DNA of 38,894 bases, from assembly GCA_014874235.1 (NCBI GenBank), contig JACWAC010000001.1, positions 1-38,894 on the forward strand. The letters are read 5' to 3'. Below are positions 29,216 to 38,072 of this stretch, one piece after another. Positions within the stretch are counted from its first letter, which is position 1, and each line of letters begins with the position of its first letter. This DNA is from Thermoplasmatales archaeon. Lineage in GTDB: Archaea > Thermoplasmatota > Thermoplasmata > Thermoplasmatales > GCA-001856825. The position numbers and the translations under genes are program-made. Under the pieces are notes generated by a model. It saw nothing but the letters and a program-made list of their open reading frames with translations, was not told the DNA's origin and did no database searches.

Positions 29216-30669
29216 TGATCTTCCAGCTCAGCTACCTGTTCTTGATCCTGGTGCTGGTGATGATTGTGTCGATGGTAGCGAGAGGGAAGATAGCGAGGTA
29301 TCTCACCATCCTGTTCTCTGCCTTCGTATTCGTATTCACAATCGTCAACAACATGACCCTTACGAACTTTGACTACGGTGTGCTATCAATTTTGGCCCTT
29401 TCGTTCCAACTGAACTTCGTCAGTTCTGTACTGCTTATACTCATATCTTTCATCGGCATCTTCGTACCTCTCAGGTACGGAAGTTCTCCCGGATTCTTCG
29501 TCCTCCTTCAATTCCTTATGTTCTCACTGGTGGGCCTGTTCACGACGAGGGACTTCATAGTATTTTACATATTCTGGGAAATGGTCCTCATCCCCTCTTT
29601 CTTCGTGATAGGAATATGGGGAGGGAAGAGCAAGAACTACGCAGCGATGAAGTTCTTCATCTATACACACGTCGGCTCGGTCTTCATGCTCCTTGGTATA
29701 TTCACTATGTACTTCACGGAGCACGCATCGACCTTTTCCATGGCAACGCTGATCTCTGGTATCGGTACCATCCCGATGGCTTATCAGTCGTTCGTGATAT
29801 TCGGTTTCCTGTTTGCATTTTTGATAAAGCTTCCAACTGCCCCTCTTCACTCCTGGCTGCCTGATGCATACGTAGAGGCCCCCTCTGAAGGCACTGTCTT
29901 CATATCAGCGCTTCTATCAAAGATGGGTGCATTTGGACTGCTGGTTATCTTTGCACCGATCTTCATGGCATCTTCCTTTGCTGGCAGCACTGCGGTTCCC
30001 GCAGCGCTTATAGCACTCGGAATTTTCTCGCTGATATATTCCGCACTCGTTGCCCTCTATCAGAAGGACATGAAGAGAATGATGAGTTATGCGAGCGTCG
30101 GGCACATGTCATTCATAACCATTGCCGTGGGTGGATTCCTGTATCTCAACGGTTCCAATCCACTCGCTTCGCAGCTACTGTATTACGGGGCTGTATTCCA
30201 GCTGATATCACACGGAATAATAATAGCGATGATCTTCGCCCTCGTTGATACTCTGGAGAGAGCTACAGGGACCAGAAACATTCCTTCACTCGGTGGGTTG
30301 GCGAGACAGCTACCCGTCCTCTCTTTCCTCATTCTGGCTGCATTCCTAGCCTCGGTCGCAATTCCGGGTTTTTCGGGATTCGTTGGGGAAATTTCAATCC
30401 TCCTCGGTAGCTATGCTGTCCTGAAATACTACCTGATCTTTGTGCTGGCAGGAGTCGTGCTCACCGCTTCGTATCACGTGTTTGCTCTCCAGAGAACCAT
30501 ATTCGGGCCTTACAACGAGTTCCTCGGGAACATCAAGGCGAGGAAGGAGGAGCTGTTGGTGGCCATCTTCCCACTGATCCTGATATTCATACTCGGCATC
30601 TATCCAGCGCTGATATTCCACATTTTCCACATTAATGCGATTCAATTCCTGGGAGGGATTCACATATGA
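29212..30669 (+). CDS. nuoM: Complex I-like subunit M
   Basis: FYIFWEMVLIP, AAMKFFIYT, IKLPTAPLHSWLPDAYVEAP, LLSKMG, SGFVGE. Confidence 0.96.
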   Translation: MMIFQLSYLFLILVLVMIVSMVARGKIARYLTILFSAFVFVFTIVNNMTLTNFDYGVLSILALSFQLNFVSSVLLILISFIGIFVPLRYGSSPGFFVLLQFLMFSLVGLFTTRDFIVFYIFWEMVLIPSFFVIGIWGGKSKNYAAMKFFIYTHVGSVFMLLGIFTMYFTEHASTFSMATLISGIGTIPMAYQSFVIFGFLFAFLIKLPTAPLHSWLPDAYVEAPSEGTVFISALLSKMGAFGLLVIFAPIFMASSFAGSTAVPAALIALGIFSLIYSALVALYQKDMKRMMSYASVGHMSFITIAVGGFLYLNGSNPLASQLLYYGAVFQLISHGIIIAMIFALVDTLERATGTRNIPSLGGLARQLPVLSFLILAAFLASVAIPGFSGFVGEISILLGSYAVLKYYLIFVLAGVVLTASYHVFALQRTIFGPYNEFLGNIKARKEELLVAIFPLILIFILGIYPALIFHIFHINAIQFLGGIHI

Positions 30670-32078
30670 TAGTGCTCGGCAATTATGACTACCTCTGGAA
30701 CGTGTTCATACTATTCGTCGGTGCGTTCCTGATCTTGTTTGTAAGTCTGATTACTGAAAATAGGGTGGTACTTGTTTCCATCGGAGCGGTCTTTGCTGCT
30801 ACCTCACTCGTCTGGACTCTTCTTCAGGGCGGTGGTAATGTCCTGATAGAAGGCACGCCTATCCTCATATCGGGTTTCTCCAGGCTGTTCTTCATCGCAA
30901 TTCTCGTACCGGGACTCCTTTCATTAGTGGGTCTGTCAAAGTCACCGATGAGCAAGAAACCGGGACTGATGATATTCATCTTCCTCGTATCCCTTGGGTT
31001 CATGCTACTGGCGATAACCACCTCCAACCTGCTTTTCATATTCGTTGCGTTTGAAGGTGTGTCCATTCCCACATACGTCCTTGCAGCGTATGGGAAATCG
31101 GACAGCGAGCTTGAAGCCGCTATAAAATACTTCATCATAGGTGCCTTTTCCACGGGCCTCATAATCTTCGGAATATCACTTTACTACATTGCGACTGGTA
31201 GCCTTTCAATAAGTGCGGTCCCCAGCTTCCACAGCATATACTTCCTCGCGATGGGACTGCTCATATTCGGGTTTGGCTTCAAACTGGCGATATTCCCGCT
31301 GCACGGATGGGCAATAGATACCTATACGGGAACTTCCAATCCTATCTCCTCCTACCTCAGCACCAGTTCAAAGATCATGACGCTCATAGTTCTGTTCAAC
31401 ATCATGTTCTCCTCACCACTGTTCTACAACTACCTGAAGATAATATTTGCAATAATCGCAATCCTCACGATGACTTTCGGAAATGTGGTGGCGATATCGC
31501 AGAACAACGTGAAGAGGATGCTGGCCTATTCCTCCATCGCACAGGCAGGGTATCTCTCGGTGGTCTTCCTGGTCGCAGGGACCGGTGCAGTCAACCTGGC
31601 AATCATCAGCCTTTTCATGTATGCACTTGCGTACGGATTCATGAAAGCAGGATCCTTCCTAGCAATGGATGGCATGGGAAACTATGACATGGAGAACTTC
31701 TCCGGAATGTGGAAGAGGAATCCCGCGTATGCTGTTTCTTTCGCGATCCTGCTACTATCTCTGGCTGGATTCCCCGGCACCCTTGGTTTCATAGGAAAGT
31801 ACTTCCTCTTCCTGTCCGTACTTTCCACAGGCACTCCGCTTGCATACCTCGTGGTCATAATCTCTGTGATAAATTCTGTCGTATCGTTCTACTACTATGG
31901 TAGGGTCATAATGTTTATGTTCTGGAGGGAAGGCACGAAGGAGAAGGTCGCAAACAACTACATCCTCTACGCATCTGCGGCATTGACTGTCTTCTTCGGA
32001 ATCCTCTATTTCCTGGTCTATTCTTATGCACAGTACATCCTCCCTTCCATCACCACTTACCTGTCGGGGGTGTTGTAG
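30666..32078 (+). CDS. nuoN: Complex I-like subunit N
   Basis: EAAIKYFIIG, GFKLAIFPLHGWAIDTY, NVKRMLAYSSIAQAGY, SLAGFPGTLGFIGK. Confidence 0.96.
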   Translation: MIVLGNYDYLWNVFILFVGAFLILFVSLITENRVVLVSIGAVFAATSLVWTLLQGGGNVLIEGTPILISGFSRLFFIAILVPGLLSLVGLSKSPMSKKPGLMIFIFLVSLGFMLLAITTSNLLFIFVAFEGVSIPTYVLAAYGKSDSELEAAIKYFIIGAFSTGLIIFGISLYYIATGSLSISAVPSFHSIYFLAMGLLIFGFGFKLAIFPLHGWAIDTYTGTSNPISSYLSTSSKIMTLIVLFNIMFSSPLFYNYLKIIFAIIAILTMTFGNVVAISQNNVKRMLAYSSIAQAGYLSVVFLVAGTGAVNLAIISLFMYALAYGFMKAGSFLAMDGMGNYDMENFSGMWKRNPAYAVSFAILLLSLAGFPGTLGFIGKYFLFLSVLSTGTPLAYLVVIISVINSVVSFYYYGRVIMFMFWREGTKEKVANNYILYASAALTVFFGILYFLVYSYAQYILPSITTYLSGVL

Positions 32079-32378
32079 ATGCTGGAACGGGCATACTTCC
32101 AGATGTTCGAGACTGAGATGATCGGAGGAGAGGTGAAGAGGGCACTTCACTTCCTCGAAAGAGCTGCTGAGGGAAAGGGATTCTATTCTCGGGTTTCTGC
32201 TGTGCTTCTTGAGGCACTCAAGAACAAGGCGGAACCGGAGGAGATAAAGAAGAAGATAATGGACGTAGAGGGGGACGAGGGAGAGAAACTCGCGATATAC
32301 ATCAGGTTCCTCTATTCGGTGAACAGGTACGATGTCTCCTATCCAAGGTTCGATTCAAAGAGGTGCAACGACAGATGA
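32079..32378 (+). CDS. Hypothetical soluble helical protein coupled to nuoN
   Basis: ATG immediately follows the nuoN TAG; codon style matches the operon; no recognised motif. Confidence 0.75.
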   Translation: MLERAYFQMFETEMIGGEVKRALHFLERAAEGKGFYSRVSAVLLEALKNKAEPEEIKKKIMDVEGDEGEKLAIYIRFLYSVNRYDVSYPRFDSKRCNDR

Positions 32379-32584
32379 CGGAAGACTACCAGTTCCTCAG
32401 GGAATTGAAAAGAGAGGGAGAGGAGATAATATTCTCAGCGGAAAAGAAGAGGATGATGCTGCTCAGCGAAGGGTGGGATGACTCGAAGTCAAAGATCATG
32501 GAAGAGCTCTCTCTGAAATATGGCATCGATAGCAGACAGAAATTTCAGGAGTTCAAGGAGAAATACAATCTCACGGACTATTGA
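32375..32584 (+). CDS. Hypothetical small charged protein (69 aa)
   Basis: ATGA overlap with the previous ORF; MTEDYQFLRELKREGEE...YNLTDY. Confidence 0.72.
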   Translation: MTEDYQFLRELKREGEEIIFSAEKKRMMLLSEGWDDSKSKIMEELSLKYGIDSRQKFQEFKEKYNLTDY

Positions 32585-32771
32585 ACGATTCCAGTGGCCT
32601 GATGTTTTCGTAATAAGCAATCTTTCTGCAGGACTGCATGTTACCTTCCATCCAGGAAGCGAGATCCTCTTCGTTCTTGAGTCTTATCCTCTTGATTTCC
32701 CACAGACAGCTATGACAATAAAGGCCAGAGACGACAGGACTGCCGCAAATTAAACAGTGGGAAGAAACCAT
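32571..32771 (-). CDS. Small zinc-finger-like protein (66 aa, CxxC-x9-CxxC)
   Basis: MVSSHCLICGSPVVSGLYCHSCLWEIK...; TTTATTAA box about 20-28 nt upstream of ATG 32771 on the minus strand. Confidence 0.62.
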   Translation of the reverse strand: MVSSHCLICGSPVVSGLYCHSCLWEIKRIRLKNEEDLASWMEGNMQSCRKIAYYENIRPLESFNSP

Positions 32772-32883
32772 CAGAAGAGAAGGAGTGACGGTTAATAAAT
32801 CTTGTCTATTGAGCCAGGAAATGCCGAAGGAAACCGGCACGAAAAGTTGCAAAGCTACGTTGATTCTAACGGCCAGTTGTGAT

Positions 32884-33435
32884 TCAGTCTCCCCACCTCT
32901 TTATGAGTCTGTTATCGACCCCGATTATGTCAAGGACCCTCGATGTGACAAAACTGAAAAGATCATCCATCTTGGAAGGACCGTGATAGAACCCGGGACT
33001 TGCGGGGAGTATGTACGCACCTGCCTCAGAAAGAGTGAGGAGATTTCTAAGGTGTATGGTACTGAGGGGCATCTCCCTGAACACAATGATCAGCTTTCTT
33101 CTCTCTTTCAAGGAGATCGAAGCGATCCGCGTGACCAGGTTGTCTGAGATTCCAGCGGCTATCTTACCGATCGTATTCATTGATGCGGGAGCTATGATAA
33201 GTGCGTCGTACTTGTGAGAACCAGAAGCAAATGGTGCTCCAAAATCTCCTTCGTCATAATACTCGTCAGCATAACTCTTCAGAATTTTAACGTTTACGCC
33301 CCCCTTCAGTTCGTACTTTGCAACTTCAAGCGCACCGCTGGAGAGTATGAGCACCTTCTTTGACGGAAGTTTCTTCAAAATATCTACGCCGTATGCTATA
33401 CCCGAAGCTCCTGTTATGGCCAGAACGTATTCCAT
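32884..33435 (-). CDS. ubiX: Flavin prenyltransferase UbiX
   Basis: AITGASG, APFASGS, APASMNT, NLVTR, LKERRKL, REMP, PASPGFY. Confidence 0.95.
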   Translation of the reverse strand: MEYVLAITGASGIAYGVDILKKLPSKKVLILSSGALEVAKYELKGGVNVKILKSYADEYYDEGDFGAPFASGSHKYDALIIAPASMNTIGKIAAGISDNLVTRIASISLKERRKLIIVFREMPLSTIHLRNLLTLSEAGAYILPASPGFYHGPSKMDDLFSFVTSRVLDIIGVDNRLIKRWGD

Positions 33436-33454
33436 TCTCTGCTATCAATAAAAC

Positions 33455-34354
33455 CTATAGATATTTTCTGAGGTCTTCTTCGCTGAAATAGGCAGCGATT
33501 ATTTTCTTGATATAGTTGATCTTTTCGAATTCGGAGAGTTCCTGGATAGCTTCCTTGACGTGGTTGGTCATTAGGTTGATCGATTTTTCCACGGCATCTT
33601 TCTTGTTTTCTCCCGACTGCTCAAAAACGGATACTATGTTGGGCCGGTTGAATTTCCTGTCGTCATTTCCCGGTCTCTTCCCCAGCTCAAACGAGCCAAT
33701 GGAATTGACCACGTCGTCCCTGACCTGGAATGCGATACCCAGAAGTTCCCCTGCCTTAGAGAGTCTCCCGATGACATTGTCTCCCATCTTTTCGCTGATT
33801 GCTGCTATTCCAATGGAGGTGGATATCAGTGAAGCCGTCTTTTTCTTTGCGATTTCCATATAGTTGTCGAGTGTCATGTCCACATTCCTCCTCTGCGTGC
33901 AGAAATCCATTGATTCCCCGTCACACATGAGAAATGCAGCCTCTGCTATTCGCTTTACGACATCTTCACCGTAGACAGAAGAGAGTGCTACTGCCCTTGC
34001 AATCAAAGCATCGCCCGCAAGGATAGCGTTTTCGATGCCGTACTTCTTGTGGACCGTCTCTACCCCCCGTCTCATGTCGTCCTTGTCGATTATGTCGTCA
34101 TGGATGAGGGAAGAGATGTGGAGGTACTCTATTGCAATGGCCAGATTCACAAATTTCATCGAATTAAGTCCGACAGATTCAGCACCCACGAACACTAGAG
34201 TAGGTCGAAGAAGCTTCCCATTTATATTCAGCAGGTGGAATGTTGATCCTTCAAGGTTGGTACTGGAGAATTTCCAGTAAAATTTGCCACTTAGGTCTTT
34301 CTTGACCTCTTGAAGGGCAACCATTGAATTTTCGCTGATGTGAAGCATATTCAT
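33455..34354 (-). CDS. Trans-polyprenyl diphosphate synthase
   Basis: GKLLRP, SLIHDDIIDKDDMRRG (FARM), AILAGD, KKTASL, AFQVRDD (SARM). Confidence 0.92.
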   Translation of the reverse strand: MNMLHISENSMVALQEVKKDLSGKFYWKFSSTNLEGSTFHLLNINGKLLRPTLVFVGAESVGLNSMKFVNLAIAIEYLHISSLIHDDIIDKDDMRRGVETVHKKYGIENAILAGDALIARAVALSSVYGEDVVKRIAEAAFLMCDGESMDFCTQRRNVDMTLDNYMEIAKKKTASLISTSIGIAAISEKMGDNVIGRLSKAGELLGIAFQVRDDVVNSIGSFELGKRPGNDDRKFNRPNIVSVFEQSGENKKDAVEKSINLMTNHVKEAIQELSEFEKINYIKKIIAAYFSEEDLRKYL

Positions 34355-34415
34355 GGATGTTCCTTAATCACAACAAAATAGTTAAATATTGTCTGCTTAG
34401 GTACTTGAAGTATTA

Positions 34416-35210
34416 ATGGCATTGGAAGTCAAAAAACTCGAGGGCTGGTTTGAAAAGCAGAAGCTGATGAAAGTCCTGAAAAACGATTATGACAACTTCT
34501 ACATGCTGTTTGACCTCGACAACTTCAATTTCCTCTTGGGGAACAGTTCCTTCCTATATGCCAAGGCGGAGAACGAGATCACTGGTGTCCTTTTGAATTA
34601 CTATCATTCTACAGGCATAAAGGATATCTGGCTCTATGGGGATAATGAGTCGAACGGAAAACTGCTGAGCTATGTTGACAGGAGCACGTCCGTGATACAC
34701 GTCAGATATAACGATAATATGGGTTTGTTCGGAGGCGCTCGGAACGTGTATAGGGAATACTGTATGGTAGCTGAGAAACCAGCGGGCCGGCACGATGACA
34801 ATATGAAACTTCTGACACAGGACAAGTACACCCAATATGCGAAGCTGATTTCACAATGGCCCAACACAAGGTTCAGGACCATGGAGCTTGACGAGTTCAG
34901 GAATCTCCTGAATTACAGCACGATTTTTGGCTATTTTGTTGACGGTACGTTGGTAAGTGCGGCGACCCTTGGGGCAATATGGAAGAGTTGGTTCGTTGTT
35001 TCATCGGTGTTTACAGACCCTCTGCAAAGGAACAAGGGGTACGCCCAGAAATTGATCTCATCAATACTGGACCACTACAGCAATCTGGATAAGGGCATAC
35101 TGTTCGTCAACGAAGATAACGCACCTGCGGTAAAGGCCTATTCAAATCTTGGTTTCAGAATTTACTCGAAAGATCTTTGGGTAGACTATGGGACCGGATT
35201 GGTTCCCTGA
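34416..35210 (+). CDS. GNAT family N-acetyltransferase
   Basis: C-terminal VFTDPLQRNKGYA acetyl-CoA motif and LFVNEDNAPAVKAYSNLGF. Confidence 0.88.
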   Translation: MALEVKKLEGWFEKQKLMKVLKNDYDNFYMLFDLDNFNFLLGNSSFLYAKAENEITGVLLNYYHSTGIKDIWLYGDNESNGKLLSYVDRSTSVIHVRYNDNMGLFGGARNVYREYCMVAEKPAGRHDDNMKLLTQDKYTQYAKLISQWPNTRFRTMELDEFRNLLNYSTIFGYFVDGTLVSAATLGAIWKSWFVVSSVFTDPLQRNKGYAQKLISSILDHYSNLDKGILFVNEDNAPAVKAYSNLGFRIYSKDLWVDYGTGLVP

Positions 35211-35497
35211 CTCTTTATTTTGAACTCGGTTATCTGCCCGTCCTCATGCCTGAAGAAGTACCCAACCTGGCGATCGTCGTTTGTCGCGGTGCAGTTTCTT
35301 CCCCTTGAATAGTTACCTTCGATTGAAACGGAGTCAATCTTGTTCCACCCTGTTTCCTTCTTCACTCTCTTTACCATGTTCTCGAATGCGTCTGCACATA
35401 TGGAGCAACAGAAGAACATCTTCTCGCCCTCCACTTCCCTCCAGTAGTCCCCCCAAGTGCCATTGCACAGGGCACATCCATCATAATTCCTTTTCAT
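35186..35497 (-). CDS. TA0938-family zinc-binding protein
   Basis: GCALCNGTWGDYW...MFFCCSICA...VKKETGW...IEGNYSRGRNC, recognised as the T. acidophilum Ta0938 family signature; GGGGGAG RBS before ATG 35497. Confidence 0.85.
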   Translation of the reverse strand: MKRNYDGCALCNGTWGDYWREVEGEKMFFCCSICADAFENMVKRVKKETGWNKIDSVSIEGNYSRGRNCTATNDDRQVGYFFRHEDGQITEFKIKSQGTNPVP

Positions 35498-36377
35498 ACA
35501 TTCTCCCCCTTTCGTATCTACCATCCAGGTAGCTATAAAAATAGTCAGCAGATCTCAGAAAATAAGATTGCACCTCTCTTTCCATCTGCAATTCCTTGGC
35601 ATAGGTCTCTACTAACTTTAACGCAACACCTGAGTGATATTGATCCGCTTCGTAACCCGCTCTCAGGAACTGGGCAGTCTCCCTTGTGATTCCTCCGTTC
35701 AGGATTTCAGGTCTAAAATAAGCATATTTCGCGCCATATTTCTTTATGTTCTTATCAGCAATGAGTTCAAGCGAATGCATGGAGACCATAGCGTCGAGCC
35801 AGTGTTCAGAGCTACAAACATGTTCCCAATAGGCGAGCGCTTTTTCCGTCTTTCTTAGTGGAACAGAATTTATTACCATCTCCCTATTCAGACCTACCGA
35901 TTCTCCCATCTTCAGTAACAGTTCTATGTGTGCGGGTTGACCATCAGCCCCAAAATACTCCTCCGAAATATTGTCAAGTTCATACTTCTGGACATCGAAG
36001 AAATTGGTCTTTGCAATGATATACGCACAGGACCTAACCCACTGTTTTAGGAAATGGTAGTGCTCAGTCACGTATCCCATGATTGTGTATTTGGTTGGAT
36101 TTTGCATTTCCAAGACAAAAATATTAGGGTCTTCGGAAAAGAATCTATTGACAAACTTATGCCTTATCCAAGACGCAAGCCCTTCTTTATAGAAATCGTA
36201 GAAATCGTTGAATTTTTCGGTCAGAGATTCTATGGACATTTTGTTGATCGAGATGTTCCTATTCAGCCACATCACGTGTGAAGGGTCACTGACCTGTGCC
36301 TCAGAGTAAAAGTGAGAAGATAGGGAAGAGATTTCGCTTTCAATAAATTTCTCTTCACACACGGGACATATGTTCAT
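35481..36377 (-). CDS. C2H2-type zinc finger fused to a PqqC/TenA/CADD-like (heme-oxygenase-like) domain
   Basis: CPVC...LSSHF...SHVMWLNR N-terminus; DNISEEY...AHIELL, MHSLE, EADQYH in the C-terminal helical domain; TTTATTA box about 25-30 nt before ATG 36377. Confidence 0.78.
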   Translation of the reverse strand: MNICPVCEEKFIESEISSLSSHFYSEAQVSDPSHVMWLNRNISINKMSIESLTEKFNDFYDFYKEGLASWIRHKFVNRFFSEDPNIFVLEMQNPTKYTIMGYVTEHYHFLKQWVRSCAYIIAKTNFFDVQKYELDNISEEYFGADGQPAHIELLLKMGESVGLNREMVINSVPLRKTEKALAYWEHVCSSEHWLDAMVSMHSLELIADKNIKKYGAKYAYFRPEILNGGITRETAQFLRAGYEADQYHSGVALKLVETYAKELQMEREVQSYFLRSADYFYSYLDGRYERGRMYEKEL

Positions 36378-36472
36378 TGATTTTTCCAATTGAAGTTGAG
36401 TAATAAACTTGTTGCTAATTCACATTTCACATCAAGAAGAAAAGCAATATACTCCTGACCAATTGACGGCGG

Positions 36473-36557
36473 GCGGAGGTTGCCGAGCCAGGTCAAAGGT
36501 GACAGATTTAGGGTCTGTTCCCGCAGGGGTCCGCCGGTTCGAATCCGGCCCTCCGCA
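36473..36557 (+). tRNA. tRNA-Leu(TAG)
   Basis: Acceptor GCGGAGG/CCTCCGC plus A, anticodon arm ACAGA-TTTAGGG-TCTGT, long variable arm, T arm GCCGG-TTCGAAT-CCGGC; no CCA. Confidence 0.97.
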
Positions 36558-36560
36558 CTC

Positions 36561-36570
36561 TTTTTTATTT
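36561..36570 (+). terminator. Oligo-T archaeal terminator after tRNA-Leu
   Basis: TTTTTTATTT immediately 3' of the tRNA. Confidence 0.55.
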
Positions 36571-36610
36571 ATGTAAATCACAATACCCTGACAGCTGCAT
36601 AATCGTCGTT

Positions 36611-37894
36611 CTATTTACTGTGCAACCTCTCTGCAGCAACGAATGTCATGCCTCTTCTCGTAAGAACTTCCGCGGTTCTGTTCAGTGCGGCATGTTTATC
36701 CAGATAATTAACGAGAAGCTTAGGCATAAGTCCCTTGTCGATGATTTCTCTCTTCGACAAGAAGTAATCGAGTAAGTCGGAGGGATGGTTCCTCCTTCCA
36801 TCCACCTCTGGATTGCCTCCTTCGTGCTTAGCCCCTATGTTCTTTATGCGAGTAGCCAAGTCCACCAATTCTTCAGTTCTATCATATGGCTGTCTCACGA
36901 TGCTCCTGTAAGCTTCTGTTATGTGATGCTCAAGGCGGACAATGTCCTCGAACCCAAGGGAGTTCCGGATGTTTGCGGCCACCTCAATTGTCTTGTTGTC
37001 AACAGAGTTGGAAAGGTTCAACCCTATGAGCGGACTCTTGCCATCTTCTCGACTGAAGAGCTTCGCAGTCATAAGGGTCCATAGGATGGAATATGGATTA
37101 TCGATACCCAAGAATACAGAAATCTTGAACTCAATATCGATTCCCATCTTGTACAACCAGTAACCTAGGAGTACGGTACCAGAGTTTAGGTTGAGAACCT
37201 GCGGGAGGCCGTACTCAGTGTAGTAGTGGAGAACCTCATCCACCCAGTCGACCGCATACTGGTTGGGCATTCCAATGCCACCAAAGTACCCCGTAATTGT
37301 ATCGGGGCCCCCAAGGTGCACATTGATTGGTTTCTCATCCTTACCAGCGAGGGTACCCTTAGTATCTAGGGTCTGGACATAAGATCCTCCGACAATGTTC
37401 ATTCCAGCTGCGAAAGCAAGTATGTCTCCGTCCTCGATCTGCTCCTTCATCGACCGAACTCTTACGTACCTTGCTGGCATCAGTTCCCTGCCAGATATTG
37501 CATTCTTTGCCTCTTCTATCAACCATGGAAAGAAGTTAAGACCGCTTATTTCAAGGGTGACAGGGAATCTGTCATCAAACTTGATTGAGTCTACATCAGG
37601 CCCAAGGACCTTCCTCTGGTATTCGGGGATACTTATGAAATTTCCTCCGTCCCTCTGTTTTTCTAACCATTCTAGATCCTTGACGAACGGAGAGTGACCC
37701 TTCCTTAGTCTCCCCATCTGGTTTTCCATCTTGCCGTTTTCAAGTGCAATATGGTTGATTTCTTCTATGCCACCGTACTTGTCCACCATCTCTAGAACAC
37801 TGTCCACAAGCGGATTATCGTTGCGGAGCAAAAAGTCGTTAATTTCTTTCAGATGCGCCTCTTCTATCTTTAACATATTTCTTAGATCGGTCAA
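36611..37894 (-). CDS. Uncharacterised soluble enzyme-like protein (~427 aa)
   Basis: Long open frame with conserved-looking motifs TLDTKGT, NVHLGGPDTITGYFGG, EFKISVF, RLEHH, AKHEGG, LDKH; TTG start at 37894 chosen because of a GAGGGGAG RBS (ORF track start 37951). Confidence 0.8.
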   Translation of the reverse strand: MTDLRNMLKIEEAHLKEINDFLLRNDNPLVDSVLEMVDKYGGIEEINHIALENGKMENQMGRLRKGHSPFVKDLEWLEKQRDGGNFISIPEYQRKVLGPDVDSIKFDDRFPVTLEISGLNFFPWLIEEAKNAISGRELMPARYVRVRSMKEQIEDGDILAFAAGMNIVGGSYVQTLDTKGTLAGKDEKPINVHLGGPDTITGYFGGIGMPNQYAVDWVDEVLHYYTEYGLPQVLNLNSGTVLLGYWLYKMGIDIEFKISVFLGIDNPYSILWTLMTAKLFSREDGKSPLIGLNLSNSVDNKTIEVAANIRNSLGFEDIVRLEHHITEAYRSIVRQPYDRTEELVDLATRIKNIGAKHEGGNPEVDGRRNHPSDLLDYFLSKREIIDKGLMPKLLVNYLDKHAALNRTAEVLTRRGMTFVAAERLHSK

Positions 37895-37913
37895 TGCTTC
37901 TCCCCTCAAAGGG

Positions 37914-37932
37914 TAGTACCTAATAGGTACTA
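37914..37932. promoter_or_regulatory. Perfect palindrome, candidate operator
   Basis: TAGTACCTA-A-TAGGTACTA, 20-38 nt upstream of the 37894 start. Confidence 0.55.
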
Positions 37933-38072
37933 ATATTTCGGGCACAACCATTGGAAGACGAGCCTTTCTCGAGTCTTCCTTACAGGTACAACCAACAGTC
38001 TCTTTTTCGCAAAAAATGGAACTTTTCTCTCGTATTTTATTTGAAGAGAGATCCTGATTCGATCCTGGTTAT

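Noticed and set aside
32822..32839. TGCCG/CGGCA hairpin downstream of ubiX
   Set aside because: Only a 5-6 bp stem; may be a terminator but cannot be distinguished from chance.
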